In this document: positions 46,965-57,030 of the stretch, piece by piece
Numbering within the stretch: the first letter of the stretch is position 1
How the letters are laid out: every line of letters starts with the position of its first letter
Assembly: GCA_001512745.1 (NCBI GenBank)
Contig: LFSM01000075.1
Span: 80,637 to 144,636 of the forward strand
DNA from: Clostridiales bacterium DTU032
Lineage (GTDB): Bacteria; Bacillota; Clostridia; Saccharofermentanales; DTU023
Direction of reading: 5' to 3'
Length of the DNA stretch: 64,000 bases
The notes under the pieces: model-generated
The model's database searches: none
What the model was told of the DNA's origin: nothing
Seen by the model: only the letters and a program-made list of their open reading frames with translations
Made by a program: the position numbers and the translations under genes

Positions 46965-47891
46965 TTATCCATGGGTGTTAAAAACCCGGTCCGTTAGGGC
47001 ATCAGTCGCATTATATCCCATCATCTTTTGACGGTGATTAATTGCAGCCACCTCAACTATAATAGCTAAGTTACGGCCGGGTCGTATTGGAATAGTAAGA
47101 GAAGGCATGTCAATACCCAGAAGTGAAGTAGTCTCGTTTTCATTACCCAGACGGCTGTAAAATTTACCTTCCTGCCATAATTCAAGATTAATAATCACAT
47201 TGATATTTTCCTGCTGTTTGACTGAAGATACACCGTAGAGTTCTTTTACATCCACAATGCCAAGACCCCTGATTTCCAGCAGATGTCTGATTATTTCCGG
47301 TGCGCGGCCAACCAAAGTTGTATCTGAAACCCGGCGCACTTCCACCAGATCATCAGCAATCAGCCGATGCCCTCTTTTAACCAATTCCAGGGCCGTTTCC
47401 GATTTGCCGACTCCGCTGTCACCGGTGATCAAAACACCTTCACCGAACACTTCTACCAGAACACCATGAATTGATGTACGGGGTGCAAGTTCTACATTAA
47501 GATACTTAACCAGTGATGCATAAAAAGTAGATGTTGTATCGTTTGTCTGGATTAAAGGCACATCATATTTCTCAGAAGTGTATAGCATAGCATTGGACGC
47601 TTCGTGATGGCGGCTTAATATGAGGCAGGGAATTCCGGTTGCCATGAGGTGGCTAAGCCGGTTAACCTGATCTTTTTCCGGCAGAGAGTTCAAGTAGGAG
47701 ATCTCCATATTACCGATTATCTGTATGCGGTCCGGTCCAAAATGCTTAAAATACCCTGCCAGTTGTAATCCGGGACGCGTAACATCTGCAACTGAGATCA
47801 TAATCTCACTCAGATTTTTGTTGGAAGAAATTACTTCCAGATCGAAATCATCGATAATGTCCTGTAGTGCTACCATACCTGTATTTTGCAA
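46965..47891 (-). CDS. hprK: HPr kinase/phosphorylase
   Basis: 308 aa containing GVLVEVFGEGVLITGDSGVGKSETALELVKRGHRLIADD. Confidence 0.96.
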   Translation of the reverse strand: MQNTGMVALQDIIDDFDLEVISSNKNLSEIMISVADVTRPGLQLAGYFKHFGPDRIQIIGNMEISYLNSLPEKDQVNRLSHLMATGIPCLILSRHHEASNAMLYTSEKYDVPLIQTNDTTSTFYASLVKYLNVELAPRTSIHGVLVEVFGEGVLITGDSGVGKSETALELVKRGHRLIADDLVEVRRVSDTTLVGRAPEIIRHLLEIRGLGIVDVKELYGVSSVKQQENINVIINLELWQEGKFYSRLGNENETTSLLGIDMPSLTIPIRPGRNLAIIVEVAAINHRQKMMGYNATDALTDRVFNTHG

Positions 47892-47923
47892 GTCGCTATG
47901 CTCCTTTATATCTGATCTCTTCC

Positions 47924-49558
47924 TTAGTCCTTATCATCCGGGACCGGAATATTATACAGAGAATCGGCGAAAAACTTAAATTCTTCTGCAGTATCTTCTT
48001 CCTCAAAAGTGAATTCCAAACGTAAGTAATGTTGAGTGTCGGGAGCTGTTTTAAAAGTAGATTTATATGTCAGAAAAGTATCTTGCTCATCCCGGTCAAG
48101 AGCCAATAAGAGTGCAGCTGTCAGCTGGCTCTGCCACTTTTCAGAAGCTGCATCAATACTAAAGAGATCGCCACGGGTTTTGTAAGCAAATTCTCTCAGT
48201 GTTTTTTCGCTGTGTCTGTCTGGCAGATCAGCTGTTGCATTGCTTTCTTTTTCTCTTAGATAAATTATGTATACGGGAATTCGCTCCTCAGTAGCCAGTT
48301 CCAAAACCTCATCCAGAGATTTTTCATTATTTCTGTAACTGCCATCAGTAACAATAACAACTGTTCCCTGACCTGATTTGGCTGTGAGCTCTACAGCTTT
48401 ATATATTGCATCGTGCAAAAGCAAACGGCTTCCAGATGTCCGGCTGGCATTCCAGATAGCATCACGAGCAGTATAGTAATAGGGAGTCAGTTCAGTCTGA
48501 AGTAAAAGCTGGGAACCATAACTAATGAGAGAAAGCTGATCCCAGCCGTCCGGCAAATCTGCTTCGGACTCATCTTTCCCAGGCTTGGAATCATTATTTG
48601 CATCTGTATCTTCTTTTTCCGGTAAATCATGATTTAGTTTCATTGCATCTAATAGTTCAAAGAGCGAAACCTTTATGGATCCGCTTGTCTCAAAGCTTTG
48701 ACCGAAATTAACCAGCAAAGAGATGTTTGAGTTTTTCTTCTTATAAAGACTGACCTGTTCCTGCCATTCATCATCTTTGTTTAAGCGTTCAAAAATCCGC
48801 AAATCAAGCTGGCTGAATTCAAACAAAGCTTTACCTTCATCGTTTTTATCAATATCTACACCATAGTAGAGTCTGATTAAGGGATGATTTGAGGGATCGG
48901 GAAATATATGCACATGAACTGCTGCTGCCTGATCAGTTTTCGAACTAGGTTCGGACGACTGATCAGAAGACTCAGTAGAACTGTCCTGCCCTGTTTCCGT
49001 ACTGTCACCAGCTTCGCTAAAAACTGTTTCCGTTTCCAGATCTGTATTGACAACGACACGTATTGAGAATGATGTGGTGGACTCAGTGGTTCCGACGTTT
49101 GTGATGGCGCTGGCTGTTTCGCTGGCTTGTGTTGCAGACGATGCTTCTGCTCTGTCTGTTGCCTCGCTCTCATTACTGTCCGTCGTGCTTTTTGGGCGAA
49201 TAGTAAAAGCTTGGGTTGGATCTGTTTTGAAGCTGGGCAGAAGAAGAGGCGGTTCAGGCTCAGACTCCTCATGGAAGATGCTGGAAGAATTCCTTTTATC
49301 CCTTGTTAATCTGCGATAAATCATGAAAGCAAAAAACAGAAGTAAGAGCACTATAATTACAGAGATAATGATAGCTGTTTTGTTTCCTCTACTGGGTGCC
49401 CCCTCTGAATAAACAGCATAATCAGAATCATTAGCTGCATCTTCTTTATCAGTTACAAGCACAGATGAGTCCTCAAACTGCTTACCGCAGAAGCGACACG
49501 AAGTATTGCCGGTTTCATTTTCTTGTCCGCAATCAGGGCATCTCATAAATTGAAGCAC
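47924..49558 (-). CDS. Zinc-ribbon / TM / S-T-E-rich linker / vWA-like domain protein
   Basis: 544 aa. The N-terminus has CPDCGQEN...CRFCG. This is followed by a TM helix (IIISVIIVLLLLFFAFMIY), a low-complexity S/T/E region, and a C-terminal region with a vWA-like core (TVVIVTDGSYRNN...IPVYIIYL). Confidence 0.7.
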   Translation of the reverse strand: MLQFMRCPDCGQENETGNTSCRFCGKQFEDSSVLVTDKEDAANDSDYAVYSEGAPSRGNKTAIIISVIIVLLLLFFAFMIYRRLTRDKRNSSSIFHEESEPEPPLLLPSFKTDPTQAFTIRPKSTTDSNESEATDRAEASSATQASETASAITNVGTTESTTSFSIRVVVNTDLETETVFSEAGDSTETGQDSSTESSDQSSEPSSKTDQAAAVHVHIFPDPSNHPLIRLYYGVDIDKNDEGKALFEFSQLDLRIFERLNKDDEWQEQVSLYKKKNSNISLLVNFGQSFETSGSIKVSLFELLDAMKLNHDLPEKEDTDANNDSKPGKDESEADLPDGWDQLSLISYGSQLLLQTELTPYYYTARDAIWNASRTSGSRLLLHDAIYKAVELTAKSGQGTVVIVTDGSYRNNEKSLDEVLELATEERIPVYIIYLREKESNATADLPDRHSEKTLREFAYKTRGDLFSIDAASEKWQSQLTAALLLALDRDEQDTFLTYKSTFKTAPDTQHYLRLEFTFEEEDTAEEFKFFADSLYNIPVPDDKD

Positions 49559-49594
49559 GCACTTTCTGTGTAAATTTACTATCTATAAATTGTA

Positions 49595-49603
49595 ATTATA
49601 ACA
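49595..49603 (-). promoter_or_regulatory. Extended -10 promoter element for the vWA-domain gene
   Basis: On the - strand: TGTTATAAT (perfect TGnTATAAT), about 37 nt upstream of the ATG at 49558. Confidence 0.4.
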
Positions 49604-49740
49604 TTATCGCTGAACAACTGACTATCCGGTCGAATTTGTCCTCATACATGCCAGTGTATGATCTCAGACATAGGCTGATGATCCAGGATACATTTTTTCC
49701 GGCTTGCTCTGCTATACTCAAAAATAGAAAGAGTGAAATT

Positions 49741-51159
49741 ATGAGAAAAACTAAGATTATCTGCACTATAGGACCGGCATCCTCAAGTCCGGAAACATTG
49801 AAACAATTAGCCCTGGCTGGAATGGATGTAGCGCGTCTTAACCGATCGCACGGTACACAAGATGAGCACGCAGAAATAATAGATTCACTTAAAAAACTGC
49901 GTCAGGAGAGTGGCCTGCCAATTGCTATCCTTCTGGACCTGAAAGGGCCTGAAATCCGTACCGGCAGCTTTGTAAGATCTAAGGTTTTTTTACAAACCGG
50001 TCAGGACTTTTATATTCATTCTGAAGAGCTTGTTGGCGATGAAAAGCGTATGAGCGTCAACTACAAGGACTTTTTCCGGGCAGTTAAAGCTGGAACTCCT
50101 ATTCTGATCGATGACGGTTTGATTGAACTGCTCGTAGTCGCTATTGAGGACAGAGTAGTACATACTACCGTAGTAGTCGGGGGCGAGCTTTCAGACTTTA
50201 AAGGGGTAAACCTGCCCAACACTCCTACACCTCTTCCCGCCCTGGATGAAAAAGATTATTCTGACATTAAATTTGCCGCACAAAATGAAGTTGACTATAT
50301 CGCTGTTTCCTTTGCCCGCAATGCTGATGACATCCTGCAGGCACGACAAGCACTGAATAAGGAAGGCGGGCAGTCTATCAAGATCATCGCTAAAATTGAA
50401 AACCAGCAAGGTATCGACAATAGTGCTGAGATTATTGAAGCTTCAGATGGGCTGATGGTGGCCCGTGGGGACCTGGGTGTTGAAATACCGCCAGAGTCTG
50501 TGCCTATGGTGCAGAAGAGATTGATTAAGCAATGCTATCAGAGCGGAAAACCTTCTATCATTGCTACTCAGATGCTGGATTCAATGATTAAAAATCCAAG
50601 ACCAACCCGAGCAGAAGTATCTGATATTGCTAACGCTGTCCTGGATGGCACAAGTTGCCTTATGCTCTCAGGTGAAACAGCTGTCGGCAAGTATCCGGTA
50701 AGATCCGTGGAAACGATGGCCCGTTTTGCAGAGGGTATCGAAAACGAAATCGATTATTGGGCTAATAGGGATTTTGAACTTATATACCAGTGTAATAATG
50801 TACCTGATGCAATTAGCCATGCAGCGGCTTCAACAGCCAAAGATTTAAAGTCTGCAGCCATTGTCGTCATGACTTATAGCGGGAATACAGCTCGTTTAAT
50901 TTCTCGCTTCCGGCCTGAATGTCCCATTTTAGCAATGACTGTTAGTGAAAGTTCACAACAGCAATTGAATCTGAACTGGGGCGTAAAGCCATACCTGGTA
51001 GCTGTCGCCTCCTCGACTGACGAAGTATTTCGGCAAGCTGTCGAAGTTGCTAAACTGTCTTCCTTAGTTAGTAGCGGAGACACTATTGTCCTCGCCGGGG
51101 GTTCAGCCAGTGGCCGCAGTGGTACAACCAACACCATCAGAGTTGAAGTGGTGGAATAA
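49741..51159 (+). CDS. pyk: Pyruvate kinase
   Basis: MRKTKIICTIGPAS start at ATG 49741, followed by colinear PK motifs (MVARGDLGVEIP). The ORF-track start at 49636 adds 35 non-homologous residues. Confidence 0.95.
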   Translation: MRKTKIICTIGPASSSPETLKQLALAGMDVARLNRSHGTQDEHAEIIDSLKKLRQESGLPIAILLDLKGPEIRTGSFVRSKVFLQTGQDFYIHSEELVGDEKRMSVNYKDFFRAVKAGTPILIDDGLIELLVVAIEDRVVHTTVVVGGELSDFKGVNLPNTPTPLPALDEKDYSDIKFAAQNEVDYIAVSFARNADDILQARQALNKEGGQSIKIIAKIENQQGIDNSAEIIEASDGLMVARGDLGVEIPPESVPMVQKRLIKQCYQSGKPSIIATQMLDSMIKNPRPTRAEVSDIANAVLDGTSCLMLSGETAVGKYPVRSVETMARFAEGIENEIDYWANRDFELIYQCNNVPDAISHAAASTAKDLKSAAIVVMTYSGNTARLISRFRPECPILAMTVSESSQQQLNLNWGVKPYLVAVASSTDEVFRQAVEVAKLSSLVSSGDTIVLAGGSASGRSGTTNTIRVEVVE

Positions 51160-51272
51160 AGTAAAATTCTCCAGCTTCAGGGTGAAATCGTATCGTCATA
51201 ACGTCACAGCGTAAAGTCATCAGTTAGTCGCCTGTGGCAGCCTGGAACTTGGTCTGGAAATTCATCGATATG

Positions 51273-51300
51273 TTGACGAAATCAACAATTGACGTATTAT
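51273..51300 (+). promoter_or_regulatory. Candidate promoter of the LysR gene (possibly giving a leaderless mRNA)
   Basis: TTGACG (51273-51278), a 16-nt spacer, then TATTAT (51295-51300). The preferred ATG at 51310 is only 9 nt downstream and has no RBS. Confidence 0.4.
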
Positions 51301-51309
51301 TATGAAAGA

Positions 51310-52218
51310 ATGCTTACCTTTCGTGATCTGAAATCTTTTGTGGCAGTAATCGACACTGGCAGCTTTTCTCAGGCTGCTCAGGAACTCGCCTTGTCTCAAC
51401 CTACTGTAAGCGCACATATCAATTCCCTGGAAGATGAATTATCTGTACAGTTAGTGATGCGTTCCACTAAATCATCTACTGCCACTGAAGCGGGCAAGCT
51501 TCTCTATGCTTATGCCAAGCAGATTATTGCTCTCCTGGATGAGGCTGAAGCCGACCTGCGGTCCTATACTATTAAGAATGACAACACATTACGGATAGCT
51601 GTTTCCACTATACCTGCTCTTTATTTTCTTCCCGATTCATTACCTCAATTGCAGGAAACTTTCCCTGACCTTTCTTACAACATAATCGAAACGGACAGTA
51701 CCGGTGCAGCAGCCGCTGTTTACGAACAGCGTGCAGATCTGGCTATCGTGGGAACAAAGCTGGAATATGAAGGTTTACTTTTTACAAAGATTGCCGAAGA
51801 ATCTTTGCTCCTGATAGCTCCGCCACAGGAACCATATCTCAGCTCCGTAGCAAAAGTAAACCGCAATAATTTGGCAAACTGGCCCTTTATCAGACGTGAA
51901 GAAGGCTCAGGCACCTGGCTGGAATCCTACAATTTTTTTAACTCCTACCATATCGATCCTGAAGAGCTGAACACTGTTGCCAAAGTAAACGGAACCAGCA
52001 TGGCCCTGCATAGCGTAAAAGGCGGGCTTGGCTATACTTTGCTGTCGGAGCAGGCAGCAAGACCCTACATCGAAAGAGGCGAAGTTATTGATCTAAAAGC
52101 TGATTCTGCGGATCTGAAACGTCATTTCTGGCTGGTAACACCTGACAACAGACCCGGTACTCCGGCACTAAGATTCTTCACCGCTTTGATAAAAAAAAGA
52201 AATACAGCAGGTTTTTAG
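51310..52218 (+). CDS. LysR-family transcriptional regulator
   Basis: MLTFRDLKSFVAVIDTGSFSQAAQELALSQPTVSAHINSLE is a canonical LysR N-terminal HTH. The ORF-track TTG start at 51289 is an alternative. Confidence 0.88.
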   Translation: MLTFRDLKSFVAVIDTGSFSQAAQELALSQPTVSAHINSLEDELSVQLVMRSTKSSTATEAGKLLYAYAKQIIALLDEAEADLRSYTIKNDNTLRIAVSTIPALYFLPDSLPQLQETFPDLSYNIIETDSTGAAAAVYEQRADLAIVGTKLEYEGLLFTKIAEESLLLIAPPQEPYLSSVAKVNRNNLANWPFIRREEGSGTWLESYNFFNSYHIDPEELNTVAKVNGTSMALHSVKGGLGYTLLSEQAARPYIERGEVIDLKADSADLKRHFWLVTPDNRPGTPALRFFTALIKKRNTAGF

Positions 52219-52234
52219 TAATAGAAAGAAGGAC

Positions 52235-53242
52235 ATGACTAAGGTACTGATGATTGCAAATCCCGTTGCCGGGAGACACACTACTTCTAAACCCTGGCTG
52301 GAACTGGAGCAGGAGCTGCTGAAGCTTGGAGTCGATGTAACCATCCGGGAAACTGCGCAGAGCTTCGACGCTACTTTAATCGCAGCGGCAGAGGGTTCTG
52401 ATTATGATTTTGTCTGCGCCTGCGGTGGCGATGGTACCCTGTCCGAAGTAGTTTCAGGCTTGATGCTTTTGGAAAAGCGGCCTTTTCTCGCCTTTCTGCC
52501 TATAGGTACCACCTGTGATATGGCTAAAAGTTTTAATCTCCCCTCTGAAGCTCACTTAGTAGCTGAAACAATGTTATACGGACCATCTTTCGCCATTGAT
52601 ATTGGTGCTATCAGCGGCAGTGAAGTTTTTCTTCGGCAGGATCTGCCCGACGGAGTTGCACCTGCTGAACCGGATCGACTGCCGCATCATTTCACTTACG
52701 TGACCAGTTTTGGAGCATTCAGCGAAACATCATATGCGACTTCGCATAACCTGAAAAAATCTCTGGGCTATTTTGCTTATGTTCTCGGTGGCATTAAATC
52801 TCTTTCTACCATCGAATCCCTGAGAGTCAGGATCACAAGAGATAACTGTGTTACTGAAGAATCCTTAATTTTCGGTGCAGTTGCCAATTCCAGTTCTATC
52901 GGCGGAGTACTTGAGATCGAAGGGGCCCGTTTTGATGATGGCAAATTCGAACTTATCATGGTTCGTACACCGGAAAACATAATGCAGATAGCGCCTATGC
53001 TTAAGAATCTGATTAGCAACAATAGTGATCCCCTGATAATCAGAGAACTTATCTCTGATTGTGAGTTTGAGTTCCTTGATGACATGAAATCCATGACGGT
53101 AGACGGCGAATACGGAGGCACCCGCAAGACCTGGCATTTTCTTAATAAGCCACGCTCCATCAATCTGAAAGTGCCCGAATTACCTCATCTTCCTACACAT
53201 GTTGATACTGTCAAGGATGCAAGACCAAAAGATAACGACTAA
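52235..53242 (+). CDS. Diacylglycerol/lipid kinase family protein (YegS/BmrU-like)
   Basis: 335 aa with the catalytic-domain motif ACGGDGTLSEVVSG. Confidence 0.85.
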   Translation: MTKVLMIANPVAGRHTTSKPWLELEQELLKLGVDVTIRETAQSFDATLIAAAEGSDYDFVCACGGDGTLSEVVSGLMLLEKRPFLAFLPIGTTCDMAKSFNLPSEAHLVAETMLYGPSFAIDIGAISGSEVFLRQDLPDGVAPAEPDRLPHHFTYVTSFGAFSETSYATSHNLKKSLGYFAYVLGGIKSLSTIESLRVRITRDNCVTEESLIFGAVANSSSIGGVLEIEGARFDDGKFELIMVRTPENIMQIAPMLKNLISNNSDPLIIRELISDCEFEFLDDMKSMTVDGEYGGTRKTWHFLNKPRSINLKVPELPHLPTHVDTVKDARPKDND

Positions 53243-53285
53243 GTTCGCTTAGTAGATTTTTTAGTAAAAAATGAAAGAACGACAA

Positions 53286-54323
53286 ATGGACGAAATTAAA
53301 CTGACATCAATGACTACTGCCGGTGGCTGAGGTTCAAAACTGGGACCGGAGGTCCTCTCTCAACTGCTGAATAATCTGCCCAAGGTGTATGATGACAAAC
53401 TTATCGTCGGTTATGACTCATCAGACGACGCCTCGGTCTATTTGGCGCGTGAAGATTTAGCCATCGTACAGACAGTAGATTTTTTCCCGCCAATTGTAGA
53501 TAATCCATATGAGTTCGGCCTGATTGCAGCGGCCAATTCAATCAGCGATATCTACGCGATGGGTGCCAGGCCTATCACCGCACTAAACCTGATCATGGTT
53601 CCCAGCTGCCTGCCTTTGGATGTTGTACGCGAAATTCTGCGTGGCGGCGCTGATAAGGCCTGGGAAGCAGGCCTGGTTATTGCCGGCGGACATTCAATTG
53701 AAGATGAAGAACCCAAATATGGCATGTCTGTTATGGGCTTAGCCCACCCTGATGATCTCTGGCACAATGATACGCCACGCATCGGAGATGTTTTGCTGCT
53801 CACTAAGCCATTGGGAACCGGCTGTCTGACCACTGCCATGAAAGTTGAACTTGTTAGCAAGGAGACCGAGGGTCTGGTAATTGATACCATGGCGCGCCTG
53901 AATAAGAACGGCTCCGAAGCTGCCCGCTTTGCCGATGTCTCTGCTGCCACTGATGTGACAGGCTTTGGTCTCTTGGGTCATGCTGCTGAAATGGCAGGCA
54001 GCGAAAAAGCTTGCACTATCTTGCTCGACAGCAAGAATTTACCTTTTCTTCCTGAAGCACTGGACCAGGCTGCAGGAGGAATTTTACCGGCCGGCGCCTA
54101 CAAGAACAGGTCTTTTGTTGGTGAAAAGGTGAAGTTTGATCCGTCGGTTCCACTGGAAATTACTGACCTGATGTTTGACCCCCAAACTTCAGGCGGCCTT
54201 CTCCTGGCTATGCCGGAAGCTGATGTTTCTGAATATCTGTCCGAGATGGAAAGGCGGGGCGAAACGGCATCTGTCATCGGTCAGGTGACGGAGTTCAGAA
54301 CTCACCCACTGGAAGTCAGATAG
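53286..54323 (+). CDS. selD: Selenide, water dikinase SelD, selenocysteine-containing (in-frame UGA at 53328-53330)
   Basis: Manual translation gives MDEIKLTSMTTAGG-U-GSKLGPEVLSQLLNNLPKVYDDKLIVGYDSSDDASVY, in frame with ORF 53385-54323. The UGA sits at the Sec/Cys position of the N-terminal glycine-rich loop of SelD. An alternative ATG lies at 53271. Confidence 0.88.
53342..53356 (+). other. Candidate bacterial SECIS hairpin of selD
   Basis: GGGAC-CGGAG-GUCCU (or a 6-bp stem with GGA loop) begins 11 nt after the UGA. The loop is G-rich. Confidence 0.5.
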
Positions 54324-54329
54324 AAGTAA

Positions 54330-55496
54330 CTAAGCTGTCTCGGCAATAGATTCCAGAATGTCTGCCACTTTATTAATATCCGACAGACTGTGATTGTAAG
54401 CAAAGGAAAAGCGCACCGTGCCCTCGGGATAGGAGGCAATTGTCTGGTGAGCCCGGGGAGCGCAATGCAGGCCAACACGCGTCAGCACTCCAGCTTCAGA
54501 CAGGCGCTGTGACAGTTCTGACGGATCCATTCCGTCCAGCTGCACAGAAACCACTGCAACCCTTCCCTCCCTGTTTTCAGGATCAGAAATACCAAAAATC
54601 CGGACCTTAGGCATTTCATTCAAACGCCGCAAAAATTGCGCGGTCAGATCGGCTTTATGTTGGTGAATATTATATAAACCTGTTTCTTCAATCCAGTCCA
54701 GTGCAACACTCAAACCCGCAATAGCAGGCAGAGCTAAAGTTCCGGCCTCCAGACGATCCGGCAAGGGTTCCGGCATGGTTTCCAGATGCGAAAAACTTCC
54801 TGTTCCTCCGCAGACCAAGGGGTGTATCAATTCTGCTGCCCTGTCAGACAATAACAAAGCACCCACACCTTGTGGCCCTAATAAACCTTTATGGCCGGTA
54901 ATAGCCAAAGCATCTATATTATCCTCACGCATTGATATAGGGAATGTTCCTGCAGCCTGAGCGCTATCTACGGCAAAGAGAATACCCTTTTCCCTGCAAA
55001 TCTTTCCGATATCTTGTATGGGCAGGCATGTCCCGGCCACGTTTGAAGCCGCAGTAACTATAACTAATTTTGTCTGCGGCCTGATCAGTTCAACAATTTT
55101 CTCAGGATCAAGCTGACCCTCTTTATTAGCCATAGCCAGAGAAAATTCAATCCTGCCTTCGTCTCGCAGCTGAGTCAGTGGTCTGATTACTGCATTGTGT
55201 TCCATTGAACTCGTGATAACGTGATCCCCTTTTTCCAATATTCCATATAAGAGGACATTTAGAGCAAGAGTCACTCCTGAGCTGAAAGTAACATTCTTCA
55301 GTCTGGGAGCATCAAACATATTGCTCAGCTGTTCCCGTGTGCGAAAAAGCATTGCTTCTGTGTCGAAGGCACCGGCATAAATCCCCCGCGATGCATTAAA
55401 AGCTCCCGCATCAATGAAACGCATCATAGCTTGCCCCACACCCGGTGCTTTTGGCGAAGCTGTGCTAGCCTGATCGGTATTGATTAAAAACTCCAC
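54330..55496 (-). CDS. Class-V aminotransferase: cysteine desulfurase / selenocysteine lyase family
   Basis: 388 aa with the PLP-Lys region ALAITGHKGLLGPQGVG and active-site Cys loop RVGLHCAPRAH. It is convergent with selD (3' ends 6 nt apart) and divergently transcribed from yedE. Confidence 0.85.
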   Translation of the reverse strand: MEFLINTDQASTASPKAPGVGQAMMRFIDAGAFNASRGIYAGAFDTEAMLFRTREQLSNMFDAPRLKNVTFSSGVTLALNVLLYGILEKGDHVITSSMEHNAVIRPLTQLRDEGRIEFSLAMANKEGQLDPEKIVELIRPQTKLVIVTAASNVAGTCLPIQDIGKICREKGILFAVDSAQAAGTFPISMREDNIDALAITGHKGLLGPQGVGALLLSDRAAELIHPLVCGGTGSFSHLETMPEPLPDRLEAGTLALPAIAGLSVALDWIEETGLYNIHQHKADLTAQFLRRLNEMPKVRIFGISDPENREGRVAVVSVQLDGMDPSELSQRLSEAGVLTRVGLHCAPRAHQTIASYPEGTVRFSFAYNHSLSDINKVADILESIAETA

Positions 55497-55650
55497 TGAG
55501 AATCTCCTTGAGTGTCTTTATCGGTTTATCCTATAAAGTCCTGTTTGAATTAGCTGATTTTATAATATGCTTGCTTAACCTGCAAGGCAAATTGGATTTT
55601 CAAATACCGGATCCGTTTGCTGGTTAACAAAATTATAATAGGAGTACGAT

Positions 55651-56712
55651 ATGAAGAAGAAAAACTTGATTCTGGTTGTAGTAACCGGTTTGGCTCTCGG
55701 TGCTGCCGGAGTTGGCCTGATGCTACTGGGAAACCCTGGCAATATGGGTTTCTGCATTGCTTGTTTTATCCGTGACACTGCCGGTGCGCTTAAATTACAT
55801 ACAGCAGCTGTTGTGCAATATGCCCGTCCGGAAATTATCGGCCTGATACTAGGAGCATTTCTGATTTCTCTTGTGACAAAAGAATTCAAGCCCAGAGGCG
55901 GATCTTCCCCTCTGACCCGTTTTATGCTTGGTTTTTTTGTCATGATTTCAGCTCTGGTTTTCCTGGGCTGCCCCTTGCGTATGGTTCTGCGGATGGCTGC
56001 AGGTGACCTTAATGCCTGGGTTGGCTTGATCGGATTTATTGTTGGCGTATTTGTCGGAGTGCAATTCCTTAAAAAGGGTTACTCACTTGGCCGTACCTAC
56101 AAGAAAAATGTTTTGGAAGGCCTTACCATGCCTGCAATCCAGGTGGTTTTACTGATTGCCCTGATAGCAGGTGGTGTTTTACTGGCAGTCTCCGCCGAGG
56201 GACCCGGATCTATGCAGGCCCCGATTTGGATCGCATTTTTGCTCGCACTGGTAATCGGTGTCATTGCTCAGCGTTCACGTATCTGCCAGATGGGCGGATT
56301 CCGCGACTTGATCATGCTGAAGGACCCCCATCTTTTCTGGGGCGGTCTGGCAATTTTTGTTGCAGCCCTGATCTTTAACCTTGCCGCCGGAAAATTCACC
56401 CTCAGCTTTGCCGATCAGCCGATTGCTCATACCGAGTGGCTCTGGAACTTGCTGCCTATGGTAGGTGTCGGATTCGGTTCCGTCCTGCTGGGTGGCTGCC
56501 CCATGCGTCAGCTGGTCCTTAGCGGAACGGGCAATATTGATTCCACCATTACCTTGTTCGGTTTTCTGGTCGGCGCAGCCTTCTCACATAACTTCTCGCT
56601 GGCTTCAAGTGCTGCAGGTTCAACCCCAGGCGGAAGAATTGCCACCATTGTGTCATTGCTTGTTATGCTGATAATCGGTTTTGCCTACAGCAGAAAAAGC
56701 GCAAACGCATAA
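55651..56712 (+). CDS. yedE: YedE/YeeE-family membrane protein (putative selenium/sulfur-compound transporter)
   Basis: 353 aa, polytopic, with the conserved Cys-containing re-entrant motifs GFCIACFIRD, GCPLRM, RICQMGGFRD and GGCPMRQL. Confidence 0.85.
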   Translation: MKKKNLILVVVTGLALGAAGVGLMLLGNPGNMGFCIACFIRDTAGALKLHTAAVVQYARPEIIGLILGAFLISLVTKEFKPRGGSSPLTRFMLGFFVMISALVFLGCPLRMVLRMAAGDLNAWVGLIGFIVGVFVGVQFLKKGYSLGRTYKKNVLEGLTMPAIQVVLLIALIAGGVLLAVSAEGPGSMQAPIWIAFLLALVIGVIAQRSRICQMGGFRDLIMLKDPHLFWGGLAIFVAALIFNLAAGKFTLSFADQPIAHTEWLWNLLPMVGVGFGSVLLGGCPMRQLVLSGTGNIDSTITLFGFLVGAAFSHNFSLASSAAGSTPGGRIATIVSLLVMLIIGFAYSRKSANA

Positions 56713-56760
56713 GAACATAAAATATAAGGTCTTTGGTAGGCACAAGGAAAGGATTTATAT

Positions 56761-56967
56761 ATGAAAACAGTTGATGCACGTGGACTATCTTGTCCTGAAC
56801 CTGTGTTTTTAGCAAAGAAAGCTATGGATGCGGGCGAATATCCCTTTGCAGTGCTCGTAGATGATACGACGCCACTGGAAAATATTAAACGTTTTGCAAA
56901 TCAGAATAAACAGACTATCAAAGTTTACGAAGCTGATGGTGAATACACTATCACTTTCGAGAAATAA
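56761..56967 (+). CDS. yedF: TusA/SirA-like sulfur(selenium)transferase YedF
   Basis: 68 aa starting MKTVDARGLSCPEPV, which carries the CPxP active-site motif. Confidence 0.85.
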   Translation: MKTVDARGLSCPEPVFLAKKAMDAGEYPFAVLVDDTTPLENIKRFANQNKQTIKVYEADGEYTITFEK

Positions 56968-57030
56968 GATAGTCCTGACACACGGCTGGGCAGGTTGACA
57001 AGTTCTGTCATCCTGCCCACAATTAATCTT

